Origin: an uncultured Chloroflexia bacterium
GTDB taxonomy: Bacteria > Chloroflexota > UBA6077 > JACCZL01
Length of the DNA stretch: 64,000 nt
Direction of reading: 5' to 3'
Assembly: GCA_963765765.1 (NCBI GenBank)
Contig: CAVXYC010000020.1
Coordinates: 416,001-480,000, forward strand
The position numbers and the translations under genes are program-made. The notes under the pieces were generated by a model. The model was not told the DNA's origin and did no database searches. It worked only from the letters and a program-made list of their open reading frames with translations. This document shows, piece after piece, positions 1 to 11,285 of the stretch. Each line of letters opens with the position of its first letter. The first letter of the stretch is position 1.

Positions 1-95
1 CGATCGCATCCTATCATCGCACGTCCCCGGGGACCAGTCGGCGACGCGCGGAGCCCATCGCCAGGCAAGTAATTCGAATGCCGTAGAAACGTCCT

Positions 96-1088
96 CTAGG
101 CATTGGATCTAGTTTTTATCCGCTCGGCTACGCGATCCAAAACCTTGCTCACCGTTGCTTCGGCGCCGCCTGAGTCCCGAATCAGCTCGATTAAGGCCTC
201 GGATTCCAGCTCATGGCGGAGTGCTGCCTGGAAACGCTGTGTCGTAATCATGCGGACTCGTTCCGTCGTTCGCGCTGTCCGCCGCCGAGCTCCTTCGTCG
301 CTGGAGGTCAACCACGCCCCGTGCTCATCCAGAGCTTCAATCAGCGCGTCGGTTCCTTCGTCCCTGAGAGCCGATGTGGCAAGGACGGGCGGCGACCAGG
401 CTCGTGGCTGGTCAAGCTCCAGCATCGCGCGCAACGTTGCCTCGGTTGCTCGTGCCTCAGGACGATCCGACTTGTTTACGACAAAGATGTCGCCGGTCTC
501 GAGGACTCCCGCTTTGAGCGCCTGGATATCATCACCGAGCCCCGGCACAACGACAACGACGTTTGAGTCCACCACCCGCGAGATGTCAGTCTCCCCCTGA
601 CCAACACCGACCGACTCGATAAAGACCATCTCGAATCCGAACGCGTCGAGTAAGTCGACCATGTCTAGCGTCCGCGCCGCGAGGCCCCCGCTGACCATGC
701 CGCTGGCCATGCTCCGAATGAAAACCTTTGGATTTGAGTGCAATTCTTGAAGTCGGATCCGATCGCCCAGAACAGATCCCCCGGACAACGGGCTCGTTGG
801 GTCTACAGCCACGATTCCTACCGACCGCTCGCGAGCAAGACAGCCTTCGGCGAGTCGCAGCAACAGCGTACTCTTGCCGCCACCGGGTGGCCCGGTGACA
901 CCGACGAGGTGCGCGCGGCCCAGCCGATCCTGGAGGCCTGCGATCGCTTCATTCACGCCCAGCATATCGCGCTCGGCAGCCGTCATCAGCCGCGCGAGTG
1001 CACGACGATCACCTTTGCGGATGCCGTCTGCCAGCTCTGAGCGAGATGCTCTTCGAGTTGAGCTCTCAGGCGATGGCTCGCCGCTCAC
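96..1088 (-). CDS. meaB: Methylmalonyl-CoA mutase-associated GTPase MeaB/ArgK
   Basis: [13 protein letters not shown]-loop, [32 protein letters not shown] motifs; adjacent to mutase B12 subunit. Confidence 0.93.
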   Translation of the reverse strand: MSGEPSPESSTRRASRSELADGIRKGDRRALARLMTAAERDMLGVNEAIAGLQDRLGRAHLVGVTGPPGGGKSTLLLRLAEGCLARERSVGIVAVDPTSPLSGGSVLGDRIRLQELHSNPKVFIRSMASGMVSGGLAARTLDMVDLLDAFGFEMVFIESVGVGQGETDISRVVDSNVVVVVPGLGDDIQALKAGVLETGDIFVVNKSDRPEARATEATLRAMLELDQPRAWSPPVLATSALRDEGTDALIEALDEHGAWLTSSDEGARRRTARTTERVRMITTQRFQAALRHELESEALIELIRDSGGAEATVSKVLDRVAERIKTRSNA

Positions 1089-1516
1089 GCTCGCGCCGAT
1101 GTGGAGCGCTCGTTGACGAGGGTATGAACCAGCTCAACAGTGGCCTTGAGCGACGCACCGGGTCGAAAGACTTCTCGAACGCCCATCTCTTTGAGGATCT
1201 CCACGTCCTTCTCAGGAATGATGCCACCCGCCCACACAGGCACATCCTCGAGCCTTCGCTCGCGAAGGGCCGCGAAGATTCGTGGAAAGAGCTCGAGATG
1301 CGCGCCCGAGAGGATGGAGAGACCGATGGCGTCAACGTCCTCCTGGAGCGCTGCCTCGGCGATCATCTCCGGTGTCTGACGAATGCCCGTGTAAATGACA
1401 TCGCAGCCGGCGTCTCGAAGCGCGCGAACGATGACTTTCGCACCGCGGTCATGCCCATCTAATCCGGGTTTCGCGATGAGCACCCGGGGGCGGACGGCAG
1501 ACGGCGATTCAGACAC
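1085..1516 (-). CDS. Cobalamin-binding subunit of methylmalonyl-CoA mutase family
   Basis: [14 protein letters not shown] (DxHxxG), SILSGAH, GGIIP motifs. Confidence 0.93.
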   Translation of the reverse strand: MSESPSAVRPRVLIAKPGLDGHDRGAKVIVRALRDAGCDVIYTGIRQTPEMIAEAALQEDVDAIGLSILSGAHLELFPRIFAALRERRLEDVPVWAGGIIPEKDVEILKEMGVREVFRPGASLKATVELVHTLVNERSTSARA

Positions 1517-1524
1517 GGTTTCGG

Positions 1525-2004
1525 TTAGCCTTCCGTGCCAGCAGAACCGGACGAAGTCACCACAACGCCAGCGGTAGGGTCTGTAGCCGCATATTCGGCC
1601 AACGGATCGTCCTCCTGGTTGATCTCGACCAGCACTCCGCCCGTTGACGACGGGGGCATGAATGCTACCTGTCCAACAGCGCCGGGTCGAGGCTCAGTGT
1701 CGGTGAATTCCGCGCCGCGAGCTTTTAGTGTTTCCATCGAGCCCGCGATGTCGTCCACCTCGAAACAGATGTGATGGAGTCCAGGTCCCCAACGATCGAG
1801 ATAACGGCGCACCGTGTTGTCCTGGTTCAGCGGCTCGAGGAGCTCGAGCTCCGTGTCACCGATCTTGATAAAGGCGATCTTGAGCTGCCGATCGTCCAAC
1901 GTGACCGTGCGCGTGACCTCCAGACCCAGCACGTCGCGATAGTACTTCACCGCCTCATCGACATTTTCTACGGCGATGCTCACATGACTCAGTTTTTTGA
2001 GCAT
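1525..2004 (-). CDS. mce: Methylmalonyl-CoA epimerase (VOC family)
   Basis: [33 protein letters not shown] motifs; operon context. Confidence 0.88.
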   Translation of the reverse strand: MLKKLSHVSIAVENVDEAVKYYRDVLGLEVTRTVTLDDRQLKIAFIKIGDTELELLEPLNQDNTVRRYLDRWGPGLHHICFEVDDIAGSMETLKARGAEFTDTEPRPGAVGQVAFMPPSSTGGVLVEINQEDDPLAEYAATDPTAGVVVTSSGSAGTEG

Positions 2005-2018
2005 TCAATCTCCCAAAA

Positions 2019-2102
2019 GAAGTGATGAGTGATGGGTCATTGAGCGATGAGTAGACATCATGAAATCCATACACTCATCGCTCACACCACACTCATCACT
2101 TC
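2019..2102. repeat. Intergenic long hairpin built from GTGATGA-like short repeats
   Basis: GAAGTGATGAGTG (2019-2031) pairs with CACTCATCACTTC (2090-2102); inner TGAGCGATGAGT / ACTCATCGCTCA. Confidence 0.7.
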
Positions 2103-2105
2103 GAT

Positions 2106-3284
2106 TCATACGGCTTCGAAAGACATGGCGACCGCTCCACCGCCACCGTGGCAGAGCCCTGCCAGGCCACGACGAGCCCCGCGGGCCTGCATGGCATTGA
2201 GCAACGTCACGACGAGCCGGGCGCCAGTTGCGCCCAGCGGATGTCCGAGCGCAATCGCCCCGCCATTCACATTGACCTTTGACCAGTCCCAATTGAGCAC
2301 TCGGCCGTTTGCAACAATCTGGGCCGCGAATGCCTCATTGATCTCCAGGAGATCGTAATCGTCGAGGTCCGTTTCGGTGCGCTCCATGACCTTGCGCGTC
2401 GCGTCCACCGGGGCGTCGAAGAGCCACAGGGGCTCGATGCCTGTTGCCGCGTGGCCAACCACGCGAACCAGCGGTATCAAATGATGTTTCTCTACGGCTC
2501 GCTCACTCACCACGACAAGCGCGGCTCCGCCATCGGTCAGCCCCGGCGCATTGCCAGCGGTGACAATGCCATCGGGCGAGAACGCAGGCTTGAGCTTACG
2601 CAGGGCCTCCAGTGACGTGTCCGCACGCGGCGCTTCATCTCGCCCAACTGTCGTCACCCGACGACCATCGCTGACCGTTATCGGGACGACCTCGGCATCA
2701 AACGCGCCGGACTCCCAGGCCGCGGAGGCACGCCGGTGGCTCTCGAGCGCGTATTCATCCAGCTCATCACGGGTCAGGCCATACTTTTCGGCGATCGCCT
2801 CGGCTGAATTGCCCATATGGTGATTCTCAAAGGCGCACCAGAGACCGTCTTGGATGATCGAGTCCTGGAGCGTCTGGTTCCCAGCGCGCAATCCCTGCCT
2901 GGCGCCCGGAACCAGGTATGGCGCGGTGCTCATGCTCTCCATGCCGCCGGCGATCACGACGTCCGACTCATCTTCCCGGATGGATCGAGCAGCCAGGTGA
3001 ATTGCCTCAAGTCCAGAAGCACATACCTTATTGATGGTCATCACGGAGGCTGACTCCGGCACGTCGGCCCGAATGGCTGCCTGACGCGCAGGAGCCTGGC
3101 CAAGGCCGGCGCTGATCACGTTGCCCATGATCACTTCGTCCACGTCCGCCGCATCAAGCCCGGCCTTTTCGAGAGCCCCGCGAATTGCCGTGGCACCAAG
3201 CTCAATCGCGGGCGTGGCAGCGAGTCCGCCCATGAACTTGCCAATCGGCGTCCGCGCTGCGCCTGCAATGTAAACGTTGGTCAT
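2106..3284 (-). CDS. Acetyl-CoA C-acetyltransferase (thiolase)
   Basis: RTPIGKF, NKVCASGL, EINEAFA, GGAIALGHPLGATGAR, LCHGGG motifs. Confidence 0.95.
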   Translation of the reverse strand: MTNVYIAGAARTPIGKFMGGLAATPAIELGATAIRGALEKAGLDAADVDEVIMGNVISAGLGQAPARQAAIRADVPESASVMTINKVCASGLEAIHLAARSIREDESDVVIAGGMESMSTAPYLVPGARQGLRAGNQTLQDSIIQDGLWCAFENHHMGNSAEAIAEKYGLTRDELDEYALESHRRASAAWESGAFDAEVVPITVSDGRRVTTVGRDEAPRADTSLEALRKLKPAFSPDGIVTAGNAPGLTDGGAALVVVSERAVEKHHLIPLVRVVGHAATGIEPLWLFDAPVDATRKVMERTETDLDDYDLLEINEAFAAQIVANGRVLNWDWSKVNVNGGAIALGHPLGATGARLVVTLLNAMQARGARRGLAGLCHGGGGAVAMSFEAV

Positions 3285-3298
3285 CCGAAATCAACTTT

Positions 3299-3408
3299 CT
3301 TTGGACTGCGGCGGTTTTCGCCGCTTTCACGTCGGCTGGAAGCCGAGCTCACTATCACTGCGTCGCTCCGCTCTGTGCGAAAGCGGCGAAGGCCGCCGCA
3401 GTCCAAAG
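3299..3408. repeat. REP-like inverted doublet (TTGGACTGCGGCGG...CCGCTTT family)
   Basis: CTTTGGACTGCGGCGGTTTTCGCCGCTTTC and its inverted copy GAAAGCGGCGAAGGCCGCCGCAGTCCAAAG. Confidence 0.75.
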
Positions 3409-3428
3409 ATCCGCGGGCATCGACATTT

Positions 3429-4577
3429 TCATTCCGATTCCAGCCCCAGTGCTCGCCCGATGACCATTTTCTGGATTTCAGAGGTGCCTTCGCCGATCGT
3501 CAGGATCTTTGCATCACGATAGTGGCGCGCTACGGCGGTCTCCTCGATGAATCCCAGACCACCGTGAACCTGCACGGCCGCGTCGGCCGCGCGTACCGCG
3601 ACTTCAGAGGCAAACAGCTTCGCCATCGCTGCTTCCATTGTAATGCGCCGTCCGGCGTCCTTGGATATTGCCGCTCGATACGTCAACAAGCGAGCCGCCT
3701 CGATCTCCGTGGCGAGCTCCGCCAGTCGAAATTGGACCGCTTGCTTCCGTGCAATCGGAGCCCCGAACGCGATCCGCTGCTTGGCATATTCCATCGACAG
3801 ATCGAGGCATCCCTGGGCCAGCCCAACGCTGAGTGCCGCCACACCAATTCGGCCGCCGTCCAGGACTTCAAGAAACTGAGCAACCCCGCGCCCACGGGTG
3901 CCAACAATGTTCGCGACTGGCACTCGGCAATCCTCAAAGATTAGCTCTCGTGTGTCGGATGCGTGCCAGCCGATCTTTCGGTATGGGCGACCGACGGTGT
4001 ACCCGGATGTACCCGTCGGAATCAGGACGTTGCTGTACTCGCGCGGGGTATCACCAGTGATAGCAACGATCGTCACGAAGGAGGAGATCTCGGTCCCCGC
4101 ATTCGTAATGAACGCTTTCGTGCCGTTGACGACCAGATCCTTGCCATCGGTTCGAGCGGTCGTAGTCATCGCCTGAACATCTGAGCCGCCTGAGGGCTCA
4201 GTCGTTCCAAAGGCACCCAGCGTTTCACCGCGTGCCAGCGGCGTCAGCCATTGTTTTTTCTGCTCTTCGGAGCCGAAGAGATTGAGCGGACCGCCACCAA
4301 GTGATACCGACGCGCCAACGGTGATCGCCGTGGATGAATCAATGCGCGCAAGCTCCTCGATGGCAACGGCGAATGACAACGTGCCGGCCCCGAGTCCACC
4401 GTACTCCTCGGGGAATGACAAGCCCATAACTCCGAGGTCACCGAGCTTGCGGACCACGTCCAGCGGGACCTTCTCTGCCTGGTCCCAGGCTTCGGCGTGT
4501 GGCGCGATCTCTGCCTCTGCGAATTCGCGGATCGTGCTCCGAAGAGCCCGCTGTTCATCGCTAAGCCCGAAATCCAC
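3429..4577 (-). CDS. Acyl-CoA dehydrogenase
   Basis: TEPSGGSD, NGTKAFITN, GRIGVAA, QVHGGLGF, YRDAKILTIGEGTSEIQ. Confidence 0.95.
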   Translation of the reverse strand: MDFGLSDEQRALRSTIREFAEAEIAPHAEAWDQAEKVPLDVVRKLGDLGVMGLSFPEEYGGLGAGTLSFAVAIEELARIDSSTAITVGASVSLGGGPLNLFGSEEQKKQWLTPLARGETLGAFGTTEPSGGSDVQAMTTTARTDGKDLVVNGTKAFITNAGTEISSFVTIVAITGDTPREYSNVLIPTGTSGYTVGRPYRKIGWHASDTRELIFEDCRVPVANIVGTRGRGVAQFLEVLDGGRIGVAALSVGLAQGCLDLSMEYAKQRIAFGAPIARKQAVQFRLAELATEIEAARLLTYRAAISKDAGRRITMEAAMAKLFASEVAVRAADAAVQVHGGLGFIEETAVARHYRDAKILTIGEGTSEIQKMVIGRALGLESE

Positions 4578-4591
4578 GATCCCTCCTCATT

Positions 4592-4629
4592 AGCAGCCGC
4601 GACTGACATCAGCAGCCGCGACTGACATC
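4592..4629. repeat. Perfect 19-bp tandem duplication
   Basis: AGCAGCCGCGACTGACATC x2 just upstream of the acyl-CoA dehydrogenase RBS. Confidence 0.85.
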
Positions 4630-4877
4630 ATTCTAGCCGCCTCCTGGTGAATACGGAGGGACCGGCAGAGACGCCCAATACCGTTGAGTTAACGACGCCA
4701 GTGGCTCGTCAGGATGCCACCGGTCCCTCAATGCCTTTACTAAACAAGCATGGTCCGCGCGTATCCAGGAGTCAGGCCATTTGCTAGACTTGATCCGCTG
4801 GCTCGCCGTCATCTGCGGCGCTCTTAGCACCGCACTGGAGCCCCCAATTTGATGCTTACCGTGCGAACGAACGCTTT

Positions 4878-6158
4878 GTGATCGAGCGTAACGTCGCAAA
4901 GCTCAAGGCAATCCTCACATCAGAGATTGCTCTGTCGCTGTATTTGCCGGCATTCACCTTGGCACTTGGGCGGGGAATCGCCGCCCCGGCCTTACCGGTG
5001 TACGCGAAATCGTTCGACATTCCATTCGAGCAAGCATCCTGGGTCATCATCGTCTACTTGCTTGGCACGGCGATTTCCACCGTACCCACAGGGATGTTGA
5101 TTGATCGAATTGGGCGACGAAGAATTGTCCTTGCGGGGCCAATACTCTCCGCTGCCGCCTCGCTCCTTATTCCGTTCGCACACAACTTTCCCGAGCTGCT
5201 CGTACTCCGCTTCATCGGCGGGTGGGCACAGGGCATGTGGGTGTTGGCGCGACTTACCATCATCGCCGACCAGGGGGGCGATAAGCGCGGACGACTCATC
5301 ACCGCCATGGTGGCCATGGAAGGCGCTGGTAGCTTGATCGGCCCAGCGGTCGGTGGTCTCATCGCTTACCTGACTGACGTACGGGTGCCGTTCTTCATCC
5401 ACGGCGGTCTTGCGCTTTTATCGGTAATCCCTAGCTTCAAACTCATTCAAGACCCTAAAGCCGAGACAATACGAGCCCAAAAGGCAAAAGAGGGTCCCGG
5501 ATTCGCATGGCTTCGAGAAGTCATGGTCTTTCCGGTCATCATCATCTGCATCGTGCAGGTTTTCGTGCAGATGTCCCGAGCGAGCGTCGGGAATGGCATC
5601 CTCGATCTGTACGCTGTCTACGCGTACGGCGTGGGACCGGCGCTGTTGGGCGCTATGGCTGCGATTGCCACGGCGGTGAGCCTTCCGATCACGTTTATGG
5701 CGGGGCACGTCATGGACCGATTTGGAAGACGGAAGACCATCATCCCAGGTTTTACTCTCGTTGGTAGCTCGATGGTCTTCATGGCGGTCATCGCCGCGGC
5801 AGACTTGCCTCTCCCTGTGTATGTGCTTGCCTTAGTCGTGGCACAGATGAGTCAGGCGGTCACTCACGGATCCATGCAGACATTAGCCGCGGATATCGCC
5901 CCAGCCAATGCACGCGGGAAATTCTTCGGCCTGTGGAGGTTGATTGGCGAGACGAGCACGTTCATCAGTCCAGTGATGTTTACGTTCTTTTCGTCCCATG
6001 GCGGCTTTCCCGCATCGTTCATGTATCTCGGGATTAGCGGGTTCATGGCCGCGGGTATCACGCTGTTCTTCGTGAAGGAGACGCTGAATCGGCCCGCGCC
6101 AAGGTCTGCGCCCGCACCGGCGGCTGAGGCGGTTGTGACCGTGGCGCAAACGCGCTGA
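4878..6158 (+). CDS. MFS transporter
   Basis: About 12 hydrophobic segments; motif A GMLIDRIGRRR and GHVMDRFGRRK. Confidence 0.9.
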   Translation: MIERNVAKLKAILTSEIALSLYLPAFTLALGRGIAAPALPVYAKSFDIPFEQASWVIIVYLLGTAISTVPTGMLIDRIGRRRIVLAGPILSAAASLLIPFAHNFPELLVLRFIGGWAQGMWVLARLTIIADQGGDKRGRLITAMVAMEGAGSLIGPAVGGLIAYLTDVRVPFFIHGGLALLSVIPSFKLIQDPKAETIRAQKAKEGPGFAWLREVMVFPVIIICIVQVFVQMSRASVGNGILDLYAVYAYGVGPALLGAMAAIATAVSLPITFMAGHVMDRFGRRKTIIPGFTLVGSSMVFMAVIAAADLPLPVYVLALVVAQMSQAVTHGSMQTLAADIAPANARGKFFGLWRLIGETSTFISPVMFTFFSSHGGFPASFMYLGISGFMAAGITLFFVKETLNRPAPRSAPAPAAEAVVTVAQTR

Positions 6159-6258
6159 AGCTGAATGCACCGTTCGGCAGTCGTTCCCAGAGCACTGCGT
6201 TGGGCTCGCATCTGCATCTCCCCAACGCGACAGATCGCGTCGGCTGGTTGATTGACCG

Positions 6259-6846
6259 ATGATGTTCGACAAGCTGCGCGCCTGGCTGGCGCTCCGGAGA
6301 ACCGAGAAACGGGAGACGGAGAGCTCCATTCCAGCCGCCGCACCACAGTCCTTCGAACCACAAGAATCGCGGTCGGCGGAGCCGGCCCTCTTCGAGCATC
6401 CGACTGACCCGCGCACCGAGCGTTTGGCTGAACGCCTGATGGAAGATGAGACGTTGCGTGGCAACCTTGAGGACGTGGCCTGGCAGCCCATCCAGGACTG
6501 GGCGCTTGAGATCCTTGGCGATCTAGCGCGCCGGACGAAGGATCTGGATGACCCCGAGGCTGCGCCGGTGCTTGATCGGGCGTACTCGTCCCTCCGCCAA
6601 GCAATCGGTGCGTTGGCGGACATTGCTGAGCACGGACCTGAGTCGTCGGAAGTGTCGAAACCGATGGAGACTTTGCGAGCGACACTGGTGCCCCCATTGA
6701 TGGACGCCCGCACGGGCTCAGTCCGGGCGGACCGGGCGGCGGCAGTGGCTGCGCGTCTAAAAGCAGACCGCGCGACAAGCGCACATGCGGCCAACCGACT
6801 CATTTCCGCTCTACGCGGATCCGCGTCAGAGCAGCACACCCCATGA
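6259..6846 (+). CDS. Hypothetical helical protein, coupled to PLD gene
   Basis: Plausible coding ORF; ATGA overlap with the next gene. Confidence 0.65.
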   Translation: MMFDKLRAWLALRRTEKRETESSIPAAAPQSFEPQESRSAEPALFEHPTDPRTERLAERLMEDETLRGNLEDVAWQPIQDWALEILGDLARRTKDLDDPEAAPVLDRAYSSLRQAIGALADIAEHGPESSEVSKPMETLRATLVPPLMDARTGSVRADRAAAVAARLKADRATSAHAANRLISALRGSASEQHTP

Positions 6847-7973
6847 ACCGCTCTCAGGGCCTGCGGATCGCCGCTGTGCTCGTTCTCATACTGCTCCTGG
6901 CCGCTGGGGCACTCTACGTACTCCGCCAGCGGCCCGGTATACCGCCTACTACTACACCTGGCGCGCCGACTTCCATCGAGCAGGGTGCGCCGTGGGAAGT
7001 GGCGTTCACTACACCAATCCGGCCGCCCGACGATCCCAGCCGCCACGTGGGCGGGATCGATACACGCCTGGTGAGACTAATGGACACCGCGACTCGAACG
7101 CTGGACGTAGCCTCGTACGACTTCGATTTAGCAAACGTGGCCGACGCCATGGCCCGAGCAGTCCGCCGCGGCGTGAGGGTGCGCATGGTGACCGATACGG
7201 ACACTGTCGAGAACACTCGCGAGCCCGCTGTCCAACCCGCGCTGCAAACCGTTCGACAGGCTGGCATAACGATCGTGGAGGATCGGCGGGGTGCCATCAT
7301 GCATCACAAATTCACGGTCGTGGATGACGAATTCGTGTCAATGGGCTCCTGGAACTACACCGACGGTGACACTTACCGCCTGAACAATAACGTCGCGATC
7401 TTTCACTCACGCGAGCTGGCAGAGAACTACACCGCCGAGTTTGAAAAGATGTTCATTGGCGGGAAATTCGGTCCTTCCAAGTCGGGCGGAGCTCAGTACC
7501 CAGACGTCTCTCTGGGCGATACCAGGGTCACCACGTTCTTTGCGCCACAGGACCAGGTGGCCGATCACCTTGTGGAGCGCATCAACGCCGCTCAAGGTCG
7601 CATTCACTTCCTGGCCTTTAGCTTCACTCACAATGCCATGGGTGACGCCATGATCCGCAAGCATGCGGACGGCATCGAGGTGCGCGGCGTCTTCGAGACA
7701 ACAGGGTCCAACACGCAGTTCAGCGAGTTTGGAAAGATGCGTCGGGCCGGCATGGATGTTCTGCAGGACGGCAATCCGTACGTGATGCACCACAAGGTCA
7801 TATTGCTGGACGATCGTACGACCATTTTTGGCAGCTTCAACTACTCTGCGGCAGCGGACGAAGACAACGACGAAAATCTGCTGATCATAGATGATCCGCT
7901 CATGACAGCGCGATTCGAGCAGGAATTCCAGCGGGTCAGGGACGTGGCCCGCGCCGCACCGGCGCGGAAATAG
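6843..7973 (+). CDS. Membrane-anchored phospholipase D-like (Nuc/PLD) protein
   Basis: N-terminal TM anchor; two HxK(x)4D motifs MHHKFTVVD..GSWN and MHHKVILLD..GSFN. Confidence 0.9.
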   Translation: MNRSQGLRIAAVLVLILLLAAGALYVLRQRPGIPPTTTPGAPTSIEQGAPWEVAFTTPIRPPDDPSRHVGGIDTRLVRLMDTATRTLDVASYDFDLANVADAMARAVRRGVRVRMVTDTDTVENTREPAVQPALQTVRQAGITIVEDRRGAIMHHKFTVVDDEFVSMGSWNYTDGDTYRLNNNVAIFHSRELAENYTAEFEKMFIGGKFGPSKSGGAQYPDVSLGDTRVTTFFAPQDQVADHLVERINAAQGRIHFLAFSFTHNAMGDAMIRKHADGIEVRGVFETTGSNTQFSEFGKMRRAGMDVLQDGNPYVMHHKVILLDDRTTIFGSFNYSAAADEDNDENLLIIDDPLMTARFEQEFQRVRDVARAAPARK

Positions 7974-7999
7974 TCTCGGCCACAGAGTTGCGTCCGCTA

Positions 8000-8201
8000 A
8001 GGGTGCGGTTCCTCCGTGAACGCCAATTACCCGAAATCGCCATCAAGATCAACAGAGCCGCGCACGTGAGTAAGCGATTCTTCTCGCGATATCTCTGGCC
8101 TCTGGTGCTCGCGAGAGGCACCGCTTACTCACGTGCGCGGCTCTGAGGCTGGCTGATGAGTGTGATCGGTTTTAAGGTGTTCGCGGGAGGAACCGCACCC
8201 T
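8000..8201. repeat. Nested REP-like inverted doublets
   Basis: Outer AGGGTGCGGTTCCTCC / GGAGGAACCGCACCCT; inner CAGAGCCGCGCACGTGAGTAAGCG / CGCTTACTCACGTGCGCGGCTCTG. Confidence 0.75.
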
Positions 8202-8244
8202 CATGGGATGCGACTTTGTGGGCTAGGAGTTTCGCACTAGTTGC

Positions 8245-11200
8245 TTAACCGGCTTTGACGAGCGTAGGAAGAACCTCGCGGAGATACTCGCCGGTGTACG
8301 AGCGTGGGTTCTCAGCGAGCTCTTCGGGAGTGCCGACACCGATGATCTCACCACCTGCGTCGCCGCCCTCAGGGCCGAGATCGATGAGCCAATCGGCCGT
8401 CTTGATCACGTCAAGATTGTGCTCGATGACGACGACGGTATTGCCGCCTTCGACAAGTCGATTCAACACGCGCAGGAGATGTGCAACATCGGCAAAGTGC
8501 AATCCCGTTGTCGGCTCATCCAGGATGTAGATCGTTCGGCCCGTGGCGCGCTTGGAGAGTTCTGTGGCCAGCTTTACTCGCTGTGCTTCACCGCCCGAGA
8601 GCGTCGTCGCCGGTCTGCCCCAGCCGAACGTAGCCCAGGCCGACGTCGAACAATGTCTGGAGCTTTTGCCGAATGGCGGGAATGGCGCCGAAGAACTCGA
8701 CCCCTTCCTCCACGGTCATGTCCAGCACTTCTGAGATGTTCTTGCCCTTGTAGTGCACTTCGAGCGTCTCGCGGTTATACCGTCGCCCTTTACACACCTC
8801 GCACGGGACATACACGTCGGGCAGGAACTGCATTGCTATCTGCAAAATGCCATCGCCCTCGCAGGCTTCACACCGACCACCCTTTACGTTGAACGAGAAC
8901 CGTCCAGCCTTGTAGCCGCGGACCCGCGCCTCGGGCACCGTGGCAAATAATTCCCGTATTGGCGTGAAGAGCCCCGTATATGTCGCCGGATTTGACCTCG
9001 GCGTACGCCCAATGGGCGATTGGTCAATATTGACGACCTTATCCAGATGCTGCAGCCCTTCGATACGATCGTGCAAGCCTGGCCGCTCACGGTTGCGATT
9101 GATCGTTTGAGCAAGCGCTTTGTGCAGGATCTCGGTGACCAGCGAGCTCTTGCCGGAGCCCGATACACCGGTGATGCAGACGAACTTACCCAGCGGAATG
9201 CTCACATCCACATTCTTGAGATTGTTCTCGCGCGCCCCAATGACCTTGATCTCATTGCCGCTGCCAGGACGACGGCTCTCTGGACTCTCGATTGTGATCG
9301 CGCCGCTGAGATACTGCCCCGTGACAGAGGCTGGCACCGCCAGAATCGACTCGAGCGGACCACTTGCCACAACCTCGCCGCCGTGCTCCCCGGCACCTGG
9401 ACCAATGTCGATGATCCAGTCGGAAGCGCGCATCATCTCCTCGTCGTGCTCAACGACGATCAACGTGTTTCCAAGTGTTACCAGCCGCTCCAGCGTCTTG
9501 ATCAGCCGCCCGTTGTCACGCTGATGGAGGCCAATGCTGGGCTCGTCAAGGATGTACAGCACGCCCATCAGCCCCGAGCCAATTTGCGTCGCTAACCGAA
9601 TGCGCTGCGCTTCGCCGCCTGAGAGCGTGCCCGCGGTGCGATCCAGCGTCAGGTAGTCCAGTCCCACGTCAAGCAAGAACCCAATCCGGGCCTGGATCTC
9701 CTTGAGGATCTGCCGCGCGATCGTCAACTCGCGATCGGAGAGTGTCAGGTTGCGTTCGTCCGCGTATGGGACCGCCGTCCCGTTCCGACCCGACTTTGCG
9801 CTTCCGTTACGTGACGACGCTCGGACTCGCACTGACTTTGACTTGACCGAGCCATTCGCGGCTCCGTTCGTCGAAATGCTTCGAGGATCCGTCGTCGAAC
9901 ACTTCGCGTTTGGCCAGCGCGTCGAAGAATTGAGCTGAACGATTGATTGGTAGGTGGGTAACCTCGTTAATCGATCGTCCCGCGATCGTCACGGCAAGAG
10001 ATTCGGGCTTGAGGCGCGCGCCATTGCAAGTCGGGCAAGGGCGCTGAGCCATGTACTGCTCAATCTCAGTACGAACGGCCTCCGATTCAGTTTCTCGGAA
10101 TCGGCGCTCGAGGTTCTTCACTACGCCTTCGTAGGAAACGCGATATTCGTGCGTACGACCATGCCTGTTGGTGTGTCGCATGGTGACTCGCTGCTTGCCG
10201 AGGCCGTAGAGAATCGATTGGACGGCTTCTTCGGGGTATTCCTCGATCGGCACATCGGGAGAGAGGTCCAGGGTCTTGAGCAGAGCTGAAAGCACCGCCT
10301 GGTAATAGGTGCTGACGGTATAGGACCGATACCAGGGCACGATCGCACCCTTGTTGACCGAGAGCTTGGGATTGGGGATCACCAGGTCGGGGTCCACCTC
10401 CAGCCGGTGACCCAATCCGGTGCAGTCGGGACACGCCCCATGAGGGCTATTGAATGAAAACGTCCGTGGCTCAATCTCGCCGAGACTGATGTTGCAGAAG
10501 ACACACGCAAACTGCTCGGAGTAAACGTGCTCCTCACCATCCACGACGGCCACATGCACCGTTCCATTGCCCAGCTTGAGCGCCTGCTCCACCGAGTCAG
10601 CGATGCGACCGCGCTCTTCACTGATGCCAGCTACGCTCGACGCCTGGTCTGGAACCGTAAGTCGATCAACAACCACATCGATGGTGTGCATCTTGTAGCG
10701 ATCGAGCTTGATCTCGTCATTGACGTCGTGAATCTCTCCGTTCACGCGTACCCGGACGAAACCGGCCTTTCGAACATCGTCAAAGACGGACTGGTACTCA
10801 CCCTTACGCGCTTTTACTAGCGGAGCCAGCACCATGATCCGTGAGCCGGCGGGAAGCGCGAGAACCGCGTCTACGATCGACTCCGCGGATTGGGCCGTAA
10901 CCAGACGGCCGCACTTGGGGCAGTGTGGATGGCCGATGCGGGCGTACAGCAGTCGCAGATAGTCGTAGATCTCGGTCACCGTACCCACGGTGGAGCGAGG
11001 GTTATGACTCGCGCCCTTTTGATCGATCGAGATGGCGGGAGAGAGGCCCTCGATGAGATCGACATCAGGCTTGTCCATCTGCCCGAGGAACTGGCGCGCA
11101 TATGCAGAGAGCGACTCTACGTAGCGCCGCTGCCCTTCCGCGTAGATAGTGTCAAACGCGAGCGACGACTTCCCCGACCCCGATAACCCGGTAATGACTA

Positions 11201-11285
11201 CCAGCTTGTCGCGCGGGATGGTGACGTCGATGTTCTTGAGGTTGTGCTGGCGAGCGCCGCGGATAACTATCTGGTCTTGAGCCAT
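8245..11285 (-). CDS. uvrA: Excinuclease ABC subunit A (split in 3 ORFs by probable assembly indels near 9900 and 8610)
   Basis: [54 protein letters not shown], Zn-finger CxxC pairs. Confidence 0.95.

Noticed and set aside
9807-9910. Programmed frameshift or naturally split uvrA
   Set aside because: No slippery heptamer; indels are widespread, so error is more parsimonious
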